45,835 bases of DNA from a virus (Duplodnaviria; Caudoviricetes): positions 1-45,835 of IMG/VR virus record IMGVR_UViG_3300048854_000053; one strand, written 5' to 3'. Under the pieces are notes generated by a model, which did no database searches, was not told the DNA's origin, and saw only the letters and a program-made list of their open reading frames with translations. The translations under genes and the position numbers were made by a program. The first letter of the stretch is position 1. Every line of letters begins with the position of its first letter. Shown piece after piece: positions 8,049 through 16,922 of this stretch.

Positions 8049-8209
8049 GGAACGGCACCCCGTACCCCCTTCGTTCTCGTCTCAGGGCCTCAGCGGGCGG
8101 GGTGGGGGCAAAACTGGCGCCCAAATTCCCAGTTCCTCCCTCACACCATATTCGCATCACTTGAGCGATTTCGGATCCAGATTTTTTTCAACTTGTCGGG
8201 AGATTTGAA

Positions 8210-8338
8210 ATGCATTGGCTTATTGAGCAATTGACCGGGAAATCTTCAATTGAGGTTTCTGGCCCCGCCTGGGTTCTCGGTGTCAGTCTCGCGGTCGTGG
8301 TCATTATCGCGATGGCTCTTGGTCGGCTCATCCTCTGA
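8210..8338 (+). CDS. 42-aa single-TM protein (not in ORF track)
   Basis: MHWLIEQLTGKSSIEVSGPAWVLGVSLAVVVIIAMALGRLIL; GGGAG RBS; TGATG coupling. Confidence 0.65.
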   Translation: MHWLIEQLTGKSSIEVSGPAWVLGVSLAVVVIIAMALGRLIL

Positions 8339-8574
8339 TGGGTGACGTTCTCGATCTCGCAGCAGCACGCGACAAGCGCACCCGGCCCGATCCGCAGTTC
8401 GTGACGGTGGATGAAGCTGGTCGGCAGATGTTCGCGTTCTTCGCGGATTACCGGCTGGGTGATGCGGTCTTCGGGATTAATTTCTTCGCCTACGATTTCG
8501 ATGATGCGGAGCGGCGGCTATTGGCGATGCGGAGCGGTCTTTCGCTTTGCGGCCAGATCTATTGCGAGGTCTGA
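8338..8574 (+). CDS. Hypothetical protein
   Basis: TGATG coupling on both sides. Confidence 0.75.
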   Translation: MGDVLDLAAARDKRTRPDPQFVTVDEAGRQMFAFFADYRLGDAVFGINFFAYDFDDAERRLLAMRSGLSLCGQIYCEV

Positions 8575-10169
8575 TGCTTGATGTGATCGAGCCGGATCGG
8601 CCGGCAGAGCTTCCCACGATTGAGATCGATCCCTCGGGCCGCAAGATCTACGATCCTGACGGCGCGGTGCTGATGGATTTCCTTGAGTGCCGCAAGCATG
8701 TGTCGATCATCCGCGGCTCGATCGGGTCCGGCACGTCGACGGCCTGCATCATGAAGATGTGGTCGATCTCGTGTGAGCAGCGGCAGAACAGTGACGGGGT
8801 GCGCAAGACGCGCTGGGCGGTCTGCCGCAACACGTTCCCGGACCTGAAGAACACGACGGTCAAGACCTGGCTGGATTGGTTTCCTGAGGATCTGTATGGG
8901 CGATTTTATTGGGACCGGCCTTTCCGGCATGTGATCCGTATCGGCGACATCGATATGGAAATCATCTTTCTGGCGCTCGACAGCGAGGACGATATCCGGA
9001 AGCTGCGGTCGTTCGAGTTTACCGGGATATGGTTCAACGAGCTTGAATTCATCGATAAGGCGATCGTCGACGAGGCGGAAAGCCGGACCGGGCGCTTCCC
9101 GGCGGTGAAGGATGGCGGGGCGACGTGGGATGGTGTGATCGCCGACATGAACGCGCCGCGCGAGGATCATTTCATTCCGCTGATGATGGGCGAGGTGCCG
9201 CTGCCGGAGGATTGGACGGAAGAGGAGCGGCTGTCGTTCCAGAAGCCGGACACCTGGGCGTATCATGTGCAGCCGCCGGCCATGCTGGAAATCAAGGATG
9301 CAGGCGGGATGCTGACCGGCTACCGGATGAACCCGCTGGCGGAAAATACGAAGTGGCTGAAGCCCGGCTATTATGCGGAAAAGATCAAGGGCAAGTCGAA
9401 GCAATGGATCGATAGCCGCGTCCTCAACAAGATCACGGTCTATGTCGACGGCAAGCCAGTGTGGGGACAGTTCAATGCTGATGCCCATGTGTCGAAGACG
9501 GCACTTGAGCCTATACCGGGCTGGCCGGTCTATGTCGGGCTGGACTTCGGCCGGAACCCGGCATGCGTCGTCGGGCAGCTGGTGAACAATCGCTGGCGGA
9601 TTTTCGCGGAGATCGCTGGGCGCGGTGTCGGAGCGTCGATCTTTGCGCCGCTGGTCAAGCAATTGCTCGATCGCCGGCTCGGGTCGTGGGTGGTCGGGGC
9701 GCATCGCGGTGACGACGGGGTCTATCAGGTCGAGCTTTTCGGCGATCCGAAGGGTGACGACGGGACGCAGGCCGACGAGACGACGGCCTATGACGTTTAC
9801 CGGTCGCACGGGCTTCCGGTCCGGGCCGCCCCGGTCAAGAACAACCACATCCTGACCCGTATCAACGCAGTCGAATACGCCATGATCACGATGGTGAATG
9901 GCAATCCGCGCTTTCTGGTGTGTGGCGTCCACTGCCGGACGCTGAAGGTGGCGTGCTCGGGCGGCTATCACTTCAGGCGCATCAAAGGCACGTCCCGGCA
10001 CGAGGAAACGCCGTTCAAGGATCGGTATTCCGACATCGCCGACGCGACGCAGTACATGCTGCTAGGCGCCGGCGAAGGCCGGGCGGTGACCGGCGGCACA
10101 CATGGCGGGCAAAAAGGCCCTGTCGACATCAAGGTTCACAAGAAATCGAGGCGGCGCGGTGGGTTTTGA
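8574..10169 (+). CDS. terL: Terminase large subunit
   Basis: Variant Walker A RGSIGSGTS, Walker B GIWFNE, nuclease VGLDFG and SDIADA. Confidence 0.93.
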   Translation: MLDVIEPDRPAELPTIEIDPSGRKIYDPDGAVLMDFLECRKHVSIIRGSIGSGTSTACIMKMWSISCEQRQNSDGVRKTRWAVCRNTFPDLKNTTVKTWLDWFPEDLYGRFYWDRPFRHVIRIGDIDMEIIFLALDSEDDIRKLRSFEFTGIWFNELEFIDKAIVDEAESRTGRFPAVKDGGATWDGVIADMNAPREDHFIPLMMGEVPLPEDWTEEERLSFQKPDTWAYHVQPPAMLEIKDAGGMLTGYRMNPLAENTKWLKPGYYAEKIKGKSKQWIDSRVLNKITVYVDGKPVWGQFNADAHVSKTALEPIPGWPVYVGLDFGRNPACVVGQLVNNRWRIFAEIAGRGVGASIFAPLVKQLLDRRLGSWVVGAHRGDDGVYQVELFGDPKGDDGTQADETTAYDVYRSHGLPVRAAPVKNNHILTRINAVEYAMITMVNGNPRFLVCGVHCRTLKVACSGGYHFRRIKGTSRHEETPFKDRYSDIADATQYMLLGAGEGRAVTGGTHGGQKGPVDIKVHKKSRRRGGF

Positions 10170-10611
10170 AGCTGGATTTGACGGATATCGCCTGTCGGAG
10201 TGCGAACCGAAGGACTGGTACGCGGTTTTCCACCCGGAAAGCACCAAATGGTGGATCAGGTGGCTGGCTCGCGGCCGTTTCAAGCATGTTTCGGTCTTTG
10301 GATGGGTCGAACGGGCGAACGCCTGGGTATTTTACGATTTCCAGCTCGATCGCGCCCGGATCTACGTCGTTTCGAACCATGAGGCTGATTTGCTCATCGG
10401 CCATTACAGCGTGTCGAACACAGTGGTGCGCATGGCGCGTCGTCTCGGCGAGGAATTCGACGTGAACCTGAGATTCGGCGCGTGGTGCGTGCCGGCTGTG
10501 GCCCATATTCTGGGCATTCGAACCTGTGCTTTGCGACCGGACACCCTTTTTCGGCACTGTCTCGCCAATGGTGGCGAGATAATTGGACCGGAAAATGCAA
10601 CCGAAACCTAA
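10159..10611 (+). CDS. Hypothetical protein, possible permuted papain-like fold
   Basis: GTG start with GAGG RBS; FKHVS ... WCVPAVAHILG His-before-Cys pattern. Confidence 0.65.
   Translation: MGFEAGFDGYRLSECEPKDWYAVFHPESTKWWIRWLARGRFKHVSVFGWVERANAWVFYDFQLDRARIYVVSNHEADLLIGHYSVSNTVVRMARRLGEEFDVNLRFGAWCVPAVAHILGIRTCALRPDTLFRHCLANGGEIIGPENATET
10522..10560 (+). promoter_or_regulatory. Putative late promoter 2 (before portal cluster)
   Basis: ACCTGTGCTTTGC N20 CACTGT. Confidence 0.65.
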
Positions 10612-10777
10612 AGTAGACCCGGAACTGAAGCGCCAGCAGCAGGCCGCTGCTAACGAGAAAATCAGCACGATTCAGGACACGTTGTCGAGCGACACCAACC
10701 AGTCGCTGCGCTATTTCGGCGCCCAACAGGCCATGGCCGGCACGAAGACTTCCCCCCTCCTCAGCCTGTTGCGGTGA
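10595..10777 (+). CDS. Small pre-portal protein
   Basis: Position and composition typical of small genes before podovirus portals. Confidence 0.7.
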   Translation: MQPKPKVDPELKRQQQAAANEKISTIQDTLSSDTNQSLRYFGAQQAMAGTKTSPLLSLLR

Positions 10778-10781
10778 GTTG

Positions 10782-12389
10782 ATGGCAGTCAGTAAGCCAA
10801 AGATCCCGAAGGTTGCGCCGCCATCGTTCCCCGATAAATCGGTAACCGAGGATGCGCTCGCGCGTCTGGCCGATGCTCGGGCCCAGAAGACGGACGCCCG
10901 GCAGGATTTGCAGGAAGCCTATTTCTTCACCCGCCCCCGGCTGTGCTGGGACGTGGATTCGACGCGCCGGGTTACCACCCGACAGCAGCGCGAGGATCGC
11001 GAGGAACTGGCAACGGGCCTCGGATCGGAAGTGTCGGAAGACTTTTCGACCGAAGTCATCGCCGCATTTTTCCCGCAGGGTACGAACTGGGTAGAGTCGT
11101 CGGTGTCGACGGCCGATGCCGCCGGACTTGAACCCGGCGATCTTTCGGACCTGAAAGACCAAGCAAAGGCTCGAGACGATTCGATCTTCGATGCGATCAA
11201 ATCCTCGAACTTCGATTCCGAACTCGGTCAGGCGCTCGACCCGCATGCATCCGTTGGTACGGTAGGGCTTTGGATCGACAAGCCGCACAATACGCGCCCG
11301 ATCAGCATCCAGCATGTCCCGGCCCGCGAGCTTGAGATCAATGTCGAGACAGACGGCACAGTCGGCGATCGTTTCCGCGTCCGGTGGGTGCGGGCGCCGA
11401 AACTGAAATCCGTTCTGCCCGGCGTCGCGCTGCCGGAAAAGGTGACGAGCAAGATCACCAAGGAAAAGAACTGCTGGATCGAGGTGGTTTGGTGTTTCTG
11501 GCGCGACTGGTCAGATCCGGAAAACGATGTCTGGAAGCACGTTCTTCTCGTCGATCGTCAGGCAGTGCACGAGGCTGTGCTTGAGGGCGAAGGGTGCTTG
11601 CCACTGATCGTTTCGCGGTTCTCGCCGGATACCGAATTCGCTTGGGGCAATGGCCCAGCGATCAAAGCTTTGCAGGAATTTCGAGTCCTCGATGTCATCA
11701 CCGCGGCGACACAGGACCGCGTCGACATCGCGATCGCCCCGCCGATGGGGTATCCCGACGACGGTGTCACCAATTTCGAGGGTGGGATCGAAGCCGGAAA
11801 GGCTTACCCGATGCGGCCCGGCAGTGGCCGCGACGTGGTCAAGCTGTATTTCGAAGGCAATCCGGATCTGGGCATGTATCAGGTCAGCGACCTTGAGCGC
11901 CGGGTGAAGCGGAAGTTCTTCGCCGATTATCCAGAGCAAAAGGGCGATACCCCGCCCACGGCGACGCAATGGGTCGACGAGATGGTGCGGGCTCAGCGCC
12001 GGATCGGCACGCCCGGCCGCAAGTTCTGGCGGGAAGGCCCATATGCGGTCTATCGCCGGTTTGAATGGCTCCTGACCAAAGACGGCGTGATCGATGACGT
12101 GAAGGTCAACGGCAAGAAGCTGACGCTGACGCCGAACAATCCCGCGACGCAAGCCGCCGATAACCAGAAGGTTCAGGTCGCCGGCAACCTTCTGACGATG
12201 GCGAAGACATACTTCCCCGAGACATCGCAGGCCGCGATCGACGAGTTGCAGACGATCGAGAATTTCAAGGACGCCATGCAGGACAAGCTCGTCGCTCTCC
12301 GCCCCAAGGCAGAGGTCAAGGAGCTAGTCAGCAACATTCTGGGCGCGGCGCAGCAAGCCGCTGGCGCACAGCAAGGAGGGCCATCATGA
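10782..12389 (+). CDS. Portal (T7-like head-to-tail connector)
   Basis: 535 aa; PLIVSRFS..AWGNGPAIKAL, PPTATQW motifs; position. Confidence 0.9.
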   Translation: MAVSKPKIPKVAPPSFPDKSVTEDALARLADARAQKTDARQDLQEAYFFTRPRLCWDVDSTRRVTTRQQREDREELATGLGSEVSEDFSTEVIAAFFPQGTNWVESSVSTADAAGLEPGDLSDLKDQAKARDDSIFDAIKSSNFDSELGQALDPHASVGTVGLWIDKPHNTRPISIQHVPARELEINVETDGTVGDRFRVRWVRAPKLKSVLPGVALPEKVTSKITKEKNCWIEVVWCFWRDWSDPENDVWKHVLLVDRQAVHEAVLEGEGCLPLIVSRFSPDTEFAWGNGPAIKALQEFRVLDVITAATQDRVDIAIAPPMGYPDDGVTNFEGGIEAGKAYPMRPGSGRDVVKLYFEGNPDLGMYQVSDLERRVKRKFFADYPEQKGDTPPTATQWVDEMVRAQRRIGTPGRKFWREGPYAVYRRFEWLLTKDGVIDDVKVNGKKLTLTPNNPATQAADNQKVQVAGNLLTMAKTYFPETSQAAIDELQTIENFKDAMQDKLVALRPKAEVKELVSNILGAAQQAAGAQQGGPS

Positions 12390-12625
12390 GTTCACAGGAA
12401 AAAGACTTTCGCGATTATCCGCAGCGCAACCTCACCTTCGCATATGGCCATGATCTCAATGGCCGCGAGGGCAAGCAGCTGGCGGGCGCCGCCGGCAAGG
12501 GCAGTGATGCTCAGTCTGTTGGCGGCATCGGCTCGATCTTCGTTGCTGCCGTCAGCCTGACGCAGGCGCAATACGACGCGCTGTCCGTCAAGGACTCCGC
12601 GACCCTCTATGTGATTGTAGGGTGA
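12386..12625 (+). CDS. Small fibre adaptor protein
   Basis: C-terminal LTQAQYDALSVKDSATLYVIVG motif typical of phage fibre proteins. Confidence 0.7.
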   Translation: MSSQEKDFRDYPQRNLTFAYGHDLNGREGKQLAGAAGKGSDAQSVGGIGSIFVAAVSLTQAQYDALSVKDSATLYVIVG

Positions 12626-12628
12626 CGC

Positions 12629-13789
12629 ATGGCGCTCAAGCTCGGTAGCCAAGACGTTTCGAAGCTATATCTGGGGTCGACACTGATCTCGAAGCAATAT
12701 CTTGGTGCGGTAGAAGTTTTGAACGGGGTAACGCCTGCGCTGCCTGTAAGCCTCCCCGTTGCCCCTGTCGCTTTCTATGGGACCGGCCAAATGGCGGGGT
12801 ATGCCGGCAGCTGTGCCAAGGTGACAAAGTCCACTCTGGCAACCCAGAATATCGGTTTTGCGGGAAGTCGTCTCGATATGGCTGACGATACCGCAAATAC
12901 GGTTACAAAGCTGTCGTCCATACTGCCGCAATCGAACGTCTCCGTTCTGGGCTATTCGAGCGGAGGCGCTGGCGTCAGCTATTATGTTGATCGCAAGGTG
13001 GAAACCGTGGCCGGGGCGTTCGCTAGCGGCACGCTGACGGGTGGCGTATGGGAGAATGGCAACGGCTACAGCGAGATGTTCGCTTTGGTCATCTTCCCGA
13101 GGGCGCTCACACCAGCAGAAATGTCTCAGGTCGGGCTTGCGTTGGAAGCAATAGTTGCCCCGAATATCAGCCCAACCATCGGCGTCATCTTCAACGGCGA
13201 CAGCCTAACCGCTGGGCAGGGCTCCAGTACCGCGCCTGCAAATGGCCTTGGCTGGTGGTGGAATGAACCACGCCAATTCCAGCTTGCGCTTCCCGATCCG
13301 AATAAGATCATGCTCTTTAACTTCGGCCAGCCGAGTGAGCCTATCACCCAACTTAACGCCGATAAAGCCCGTATTTTCCCGGCTCTAATGGCGGCTTACC
13401 CCACCATCACCAAGTGGATAGTGCGCCACCATGGCGGGATCAACGATCTTCGGGCCGGCAGCACAGATACGCAAATCATCACCGCGATTTCCCAGCTTAA
13501 CGCTTATACGAAGTCGTTGGGAATGAAGACGTTCGCCTCCACCGTCGTCGCGCAGGGCAATCTTGCTCCATGGACTGCGCAAATGGAGACCTACAGGCAG
13601 AGTGTGAATGCGTCGGTGCTAGCGAATTGGGCTACCTATGCGGATGGCCTTATTGACTATACCAGCTTGCCGCAGATGCAAGACCCGACAAACCTGACCT
13701 ACTTCGTTTCTGATCAGCTGCATCACACATCAGCCGGGTATCAAGCCGAAGCGGCTTTGTCAGCATCCATCATGGCACCTTTCATCTAG
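12629..13789 (+). CDS. SGNH/GDSL esterase, probably virion-associated
   Basis: GDSLT, NFGQPS, GGIND, DQLH blocks; N-terminal KLYLGST repeats. Confidence 0.85.
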   Translation: MALKLGSQDVSKLYLGSTLISKQYLGAVEVLNGVTPALPVSLPVAPVAFYGTGQMAGYAGSCAKVTKSTLATQNIGFAGSRLDMADDTANTVTKLSSILPQSNVSVLGYSSGGAGVSYYVDRKVETVAGAFASGTLTGGVWENGNGYSEMFALVIFPRALTPAEMSQVGLALEAIVAPNISPTIGVIFNGDSLTAGQGSSTAPANGLGWWWNEPRQFQLALPDPNKIMLFNFGQPSEPITQLNADKARIFPALMAAYPTITKWIVRHHGGINDLRAGSTDTQIITAISQLNAYTKSLGMKTFASTVVAQGNLAPWTAQMETYRQSVNASVLANWATYADGLIDYTSLPQMQDPTNLTYFVSDQLHHTSAGYQAEAALSASIMAPFI

Positions 13790-13834
13790 AGCCACAGCCA
13801 GCATGCCGCTGTCTGGCTTTTGCAGGAATCCAAA

Positions 13835-14140
13835 ATGACCCGCCCCAAACTCTCCGATGAAGATGTCCGTCACTCGTTTCGCTGGTTTTCCCGCCAGTCG
13901 GAAAGCGCCCCTTTCCTCAATTTCCTACAGGCTGTTCTCGAAGAAATCGGCCCCGTCGAAACCTGTGCTTTGCACGCTCACAACGAGCGCCGCAAATTCG
14001 CGTCAGATTTGATTGCAATGGCAGAGACGGATAGGCGCGATGAATCCGATCAGGGCGGCACAGACGAACCCGAAAGACGACATGGAACGAAGAGCATCCA
14101 GCGAAAATCAAGGCGGGCCGGCCCCGCTGGCCGGGCGTAG
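13835..14140 (+). CDS. Small head-module protein
   Basis: AGGA RBS; position before scaffold. Confidence 0.65.
   Translation: MTRPKLSDEDVRHSFRWFSRQSESAPFLNFLQAVLEEIGPVETCALHAHNERRKFASDLIAMAETDRRDESDQGGTDEPERRHGTKSIQRKSRRAGPAGRA
13961..13998 (+). promoter_or_regulatory. Putative late promoter 3 (before scaffold/capsid)
   Basis: ACCTGTGCTTTGC N19 CAAATT. Confidence 0.7.
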
Positions 14141-14975
14141 TCCTGGCGCTTTCGTATTTGCTTCGCCCTTCGGCCCGAGAATTATGCTGGCGCCGGAAGG
14201 TGGCGCTGGCGCTGATGGCGGCGCTGGATCTGCAACCGGTGGCGACGCCGGCGCGGCGGCTGGCGACGAAGGTTCCGGCGATGCCGCAGCCGCAGCCGCG
14301 GCCGCCAAAGAAGGCGGCGATCAGAAGGCCGAGCCGCCAGTTCGCCCCGATTACATTCCTGAGAATTTCTGGGATCCCGAGAAGGGGTTCAAGGCCGACG
14401 ACTTCAACGCTCTGGTTTCCTTCAAGGCAGAGCAGGACGCAAACCGCGCGCAGGTTCCCGAAAAGCCGGATGGCTATGAGGTGAAGCTGCCGAAGTCGTT
14501 CAAGCTGCCGGAAGGCTTCGAGCTGCCGGAAGGTCAGGAGATTATCAATGCCGATGATCCCCGCATCGCGACGGCGCGGGAGTTCGCCCACGCCAAGCAG
14601 ATGAGCCAGTCCGATTTCGAGGATCTGGTCGCATTCGGCGCACAGGTGGATATCGCCGAGCGCGGTCGCCTCAACGAGGCATTAGGCCAGCAGGTCGAAG
14701 CTCTCGGTGGCAAGGCGAAGGAACGCATCAGCGCGGTTACGACCTGGCTCGGTGCAAAGCTCGGTGGGGACATGGCCGACGCCCTGGCTCCGATGATGTT
14801 CACGGCCAAGAGCATTCAGGCATTCGAGGCGATCATGCGTCTCAACAGAGGTGCTGTTCCGGGTAATCCCGGGGCGGGTCGCGATTCCGGAAAAGCAGAA
14901 ATGTCGGACGAGGAATACAGCAAAATGTCCGCGTCCGAGCGCATCAACTATGCCCGTCAAGCTTCGAAAAAGTGA
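14040..14975 (+). CDS. Capsid scaffolding protein (start uncertain)
   Basis: RPDYIPENFWD, VPEKPDGYEV motifs; directly upstream of capsid. Confidence 0.8.
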   Translation: MNPIRAAQTNPKDDMERRASSENQGGPAPLAGRSPGAFVFASPFGPRIMLAPEGGAGADGGAGSATGGDAGAAAGDEGSGDAAAAAAAAKEGGDQKAEPPVRPDYIPENFWDPEKGFKADDFNALVSFKAEQDANRAQVPEKPDGYEVKLPKSFKLPEGFELPEGQEIINADDPRIATAREFAHAKQMSQSDFEDLVAFGAQVDIAERGRLNEALGQQVEALGGKAKERISAVTTWLGAKLGGDMADALAPMMFTAKSIQAFEAIMRLNRGAVPGNPGAGRDSGKAEMSDEEYSKMSASERINYARQASKK

Positions 14976-14995
14976 CGGCTTAAAGGAGTCCAGCA

Positions 14996-15937
14996 ATGCC
15001 CGAAATAATGACCCTCCCGGAATATGCGAAGGGCCTTGAAAAGAGCAGCATCGAACGCCCGCTGATCGAGACCTTCGCCGCTCAGTCCGATATCCTTCAG
15101 CATATCCAGTTCGAGGGCTTCTCGGGCGCTGCATATGAAGGCTATCGCGAGACCGATATCGGCACCGCCGGCTTCCGTGCGATCAACGAGGGCGCCGGCA
15201 GCTCGAAGGGCAAGATCGCGCCCTTTCAGGAAACCAGCTTCCCGATCGACACCATTCTGAAGGTCGATAAGGCCATCATCCTGCGCCATGGCGAAAGCCG
15301 CCGCGCCAAGGAAGAAGCCATGCAGATGAAGCGTCAGGCCACTTTGTGGACCGATACCTTCATCAGCGGCGACAACACGGCGAACCCGAAAGAGTTCAAC
15401 GGCCTGAAGTCGCGCACGAAGGCTTCGAGCGGCCGGCTGTTCCACAACTCCGGAACTTCCGGCGGCGCGCCGCTGTCCCTGACGCAGCTCGACGCGGCGA
15501 TCGACAACACCTCCAATCCCACGCACATCATCATGTCGCGTGCGATGAAGGTCCGCTTCATGGCGGCGATGCGCAACCAGTCGCTCACCGGCTACATCAT
15601 GCAGACTCGCGATGGCGTCGGTAACCCCGTCATCTCCTACGCGAACCTGCCGATCCTGACCGGCTACCCCCGCGACCGTCACACGAACCTGCTTCCCTAT
15701 TCGGAAGTGGCATCCGGCGGCGGCAGCGCGGTCACCACGTCGCTCTTCATCGTGTCCTTCCAGGAAATGGGCCTTCGCGGCATCCAGCTGAAGAACATGG
15801 AAGCCCGTGACATGGGCCTTCTCGAAGACGCCGTGAATTATGGCACGAACGTCTCCTGGGACGTTGGTCTCGTCGACGAGGGCGATTTCTGCGTCAGCCG
15901 TCTCGACTCCATCGCCGATGGCGCGATCACCGTCTGA
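14996..15937 (+). CDS. Major capsid protein
   Basis: AAGGAG RBS, strong codon bias, FRAINEG and FISGD..NPKEFNGL motifs. Confidence 0.9.
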   Translation: MPEIMTLPEYAKGLEKSSIERPLIETFAAQSDILQHIQFEGFSGAAYEGYRETDIGTAGFRAINEGAGSSKGKIAPFQETSFPIDTILKVDKAIILRHGESRRAKEEAMQMKRQATLWTDTFISGDNTANPKEFNGLKSRTKASSGRLFHNSGTSGGAPLSLTQLDAAIDNTSNPTHIIMSRAMKVRFMAAMRNQSLTGYIMQTRDGVGNPVISYANLPILTGYPRDRHTNLLPYSEVASGGGSAVTTSLFIVSFQEMGLRGIQLKNMEARDMGLLEDAVNYGTNVSWDVGLVDEGDFCVSRLDSIADGAITV

Positions 15938-15945
15938 TCAACCAA

Positions 15946-15965
15946 AGCCGCCTTTCGGGGCGGCT
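15946..15965 (+). terminator. UUCG hairpin after capsid gene (weak terminator or stabiliser)
   Basis: AGCCGCCT-TTCG-GGGCGGCT, no clear U tract. Confidence 0.5.
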
Positions 15966-15992
15966 CCTCAGCTTTAACAGGAGACGAGACCG

Positions 15993-16424
15993 ATGGGTCA
16001 GAGAGTTTATAATCAGGATCTTGCGCTGATCCTCGCCGATGGCGCCGCAGCCGTTACGGCCGATGGCGTCACACAAGTGGCCGCAGCCGCCGTCAATCTC
16101 AAGCTTGGACCGGGCCGCTTCGAAGGCGTCCTCATCATCGACGTTTCGGCGATCGATGTTTCTTCCAGCGACGAGTTCTATCACATCGTGCTTCAGGGCG
16201 CGGCTGATGCAACGTTCGCGGCGAAGGAAATTCTGGCGCAGATGACGCTCGGCAAGGGCACGGTTCGCCCCGGCGTCGCCGTCGACTCCGTCGTCGGCCG
16301 CTACGAAATCCCGTTCATCACCGAGCAGCACGATACGACCTACGACTTCGTGCAGCTCTTCACCGATCTCGGCGGGACCACGCCGTCGATCACCTTCAAG
16401 GCCTGGATCGCCGAGCGCTACTAA
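15993..16424 (+). CDS. Probable capsid decoration/cement protein
   Basis: AGGAG RBS, beta-rich 143 aa directly after capsid. Confidence 0.7.
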   Translation: MGQRVYNQDLALILADGAAAVTADGVTQVAAAAVNLKLGPGRFEGVLIIDVSAIDVSSSDEFYHIVLQGAADATFAAKEILAQMTLGKGTVRPGVAVDSVVGRYEIPFITEQHDTTYDFVQLFTDLGGTTPSITFKAWIAERY

Positions 16425-16450
16425 GCGCCCGGCCATGGGAGAGCACGTCA

Positions 16451-16795
16451 ATGCCCGATAGAGTAAAGCTCCACTACCGCGACGGATCTATCCATGAGAT
16501 GGATTCCGTCGATGCCCGTTTCGCTCAACAGAAGTTTCCGGACGAATGGGCAACTAAGCCTTTCCCCGTCGAAGTGCAGGAAGCGGCGAAGGCCGAGATC
16601 GCCGCCGATACGCTCGAAGACGCGAAGCTCCGCAAGGGCGGCATGACCGACGAGGATCTCGCCGACTATCAGCAGGTTCGCCGCGAAGAGCGGAAGTCCG
16701 GCAAGGAAAGCAAGACCGCAGCAGCTGCCAAGGCGAAGGCTGATGCCGCCGGCCAGCAGAACGCTGACACCAGCGGAGACGGCAAGAAGAGCTGA
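16451..16795 (+). CDS. Hypothetical protein
   Basis: GGAGAG RBS, codon bias. Confidence 0.75.
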   Translation: MPDRVKLHYRDGSIHEMDSVDARFAQQKFPDEWATKPFPVEVQEAAKAEIAADTLEDAKLRKGGMTDEDLADYQQVRREERKSGKESKTAAAAKAKADAAGQQNADTSGDGKKS

Positions 16796-16833
16796 TGCCA
16801 GTCGCTCAACCATCGCGACCGGCTGGCTGATGG

Positions 16834-16870
16834 AAACCGGGAGAGGCTCGCGCGCTCCCGGTTTTTCTTT
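16834..16870 (+). terminator. Rho-independent terminator of head operon
   Basis: AAACCGGGAG..CTCCCGGTTT stem followed by T-rich tract. Confidence 0.75.
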
Positions 16871-16878
16871 GTCCCGAT

Positions 16879-16916
16879 TCCTGTGCTTTGCCGCACTTTG
16901 CCGATGACGCCATTCT
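16879..16916 (+). promoter_or_regulatory. Putative late promoter 4 (leaderless, tail operon)
   Basis: TCCTGTGCTTTGC N19 CATTCT, ATG 6 nt later, immediately after terminator. Confidence 0.75.
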
Positions 16917-16922
16917 CCGGCC

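Noticed and set aside
15900-15993. Programmed frameshift extending the capsid protein
   Set aside because: No slippery heptamer seen near the stop, and the next gene has its own RBS
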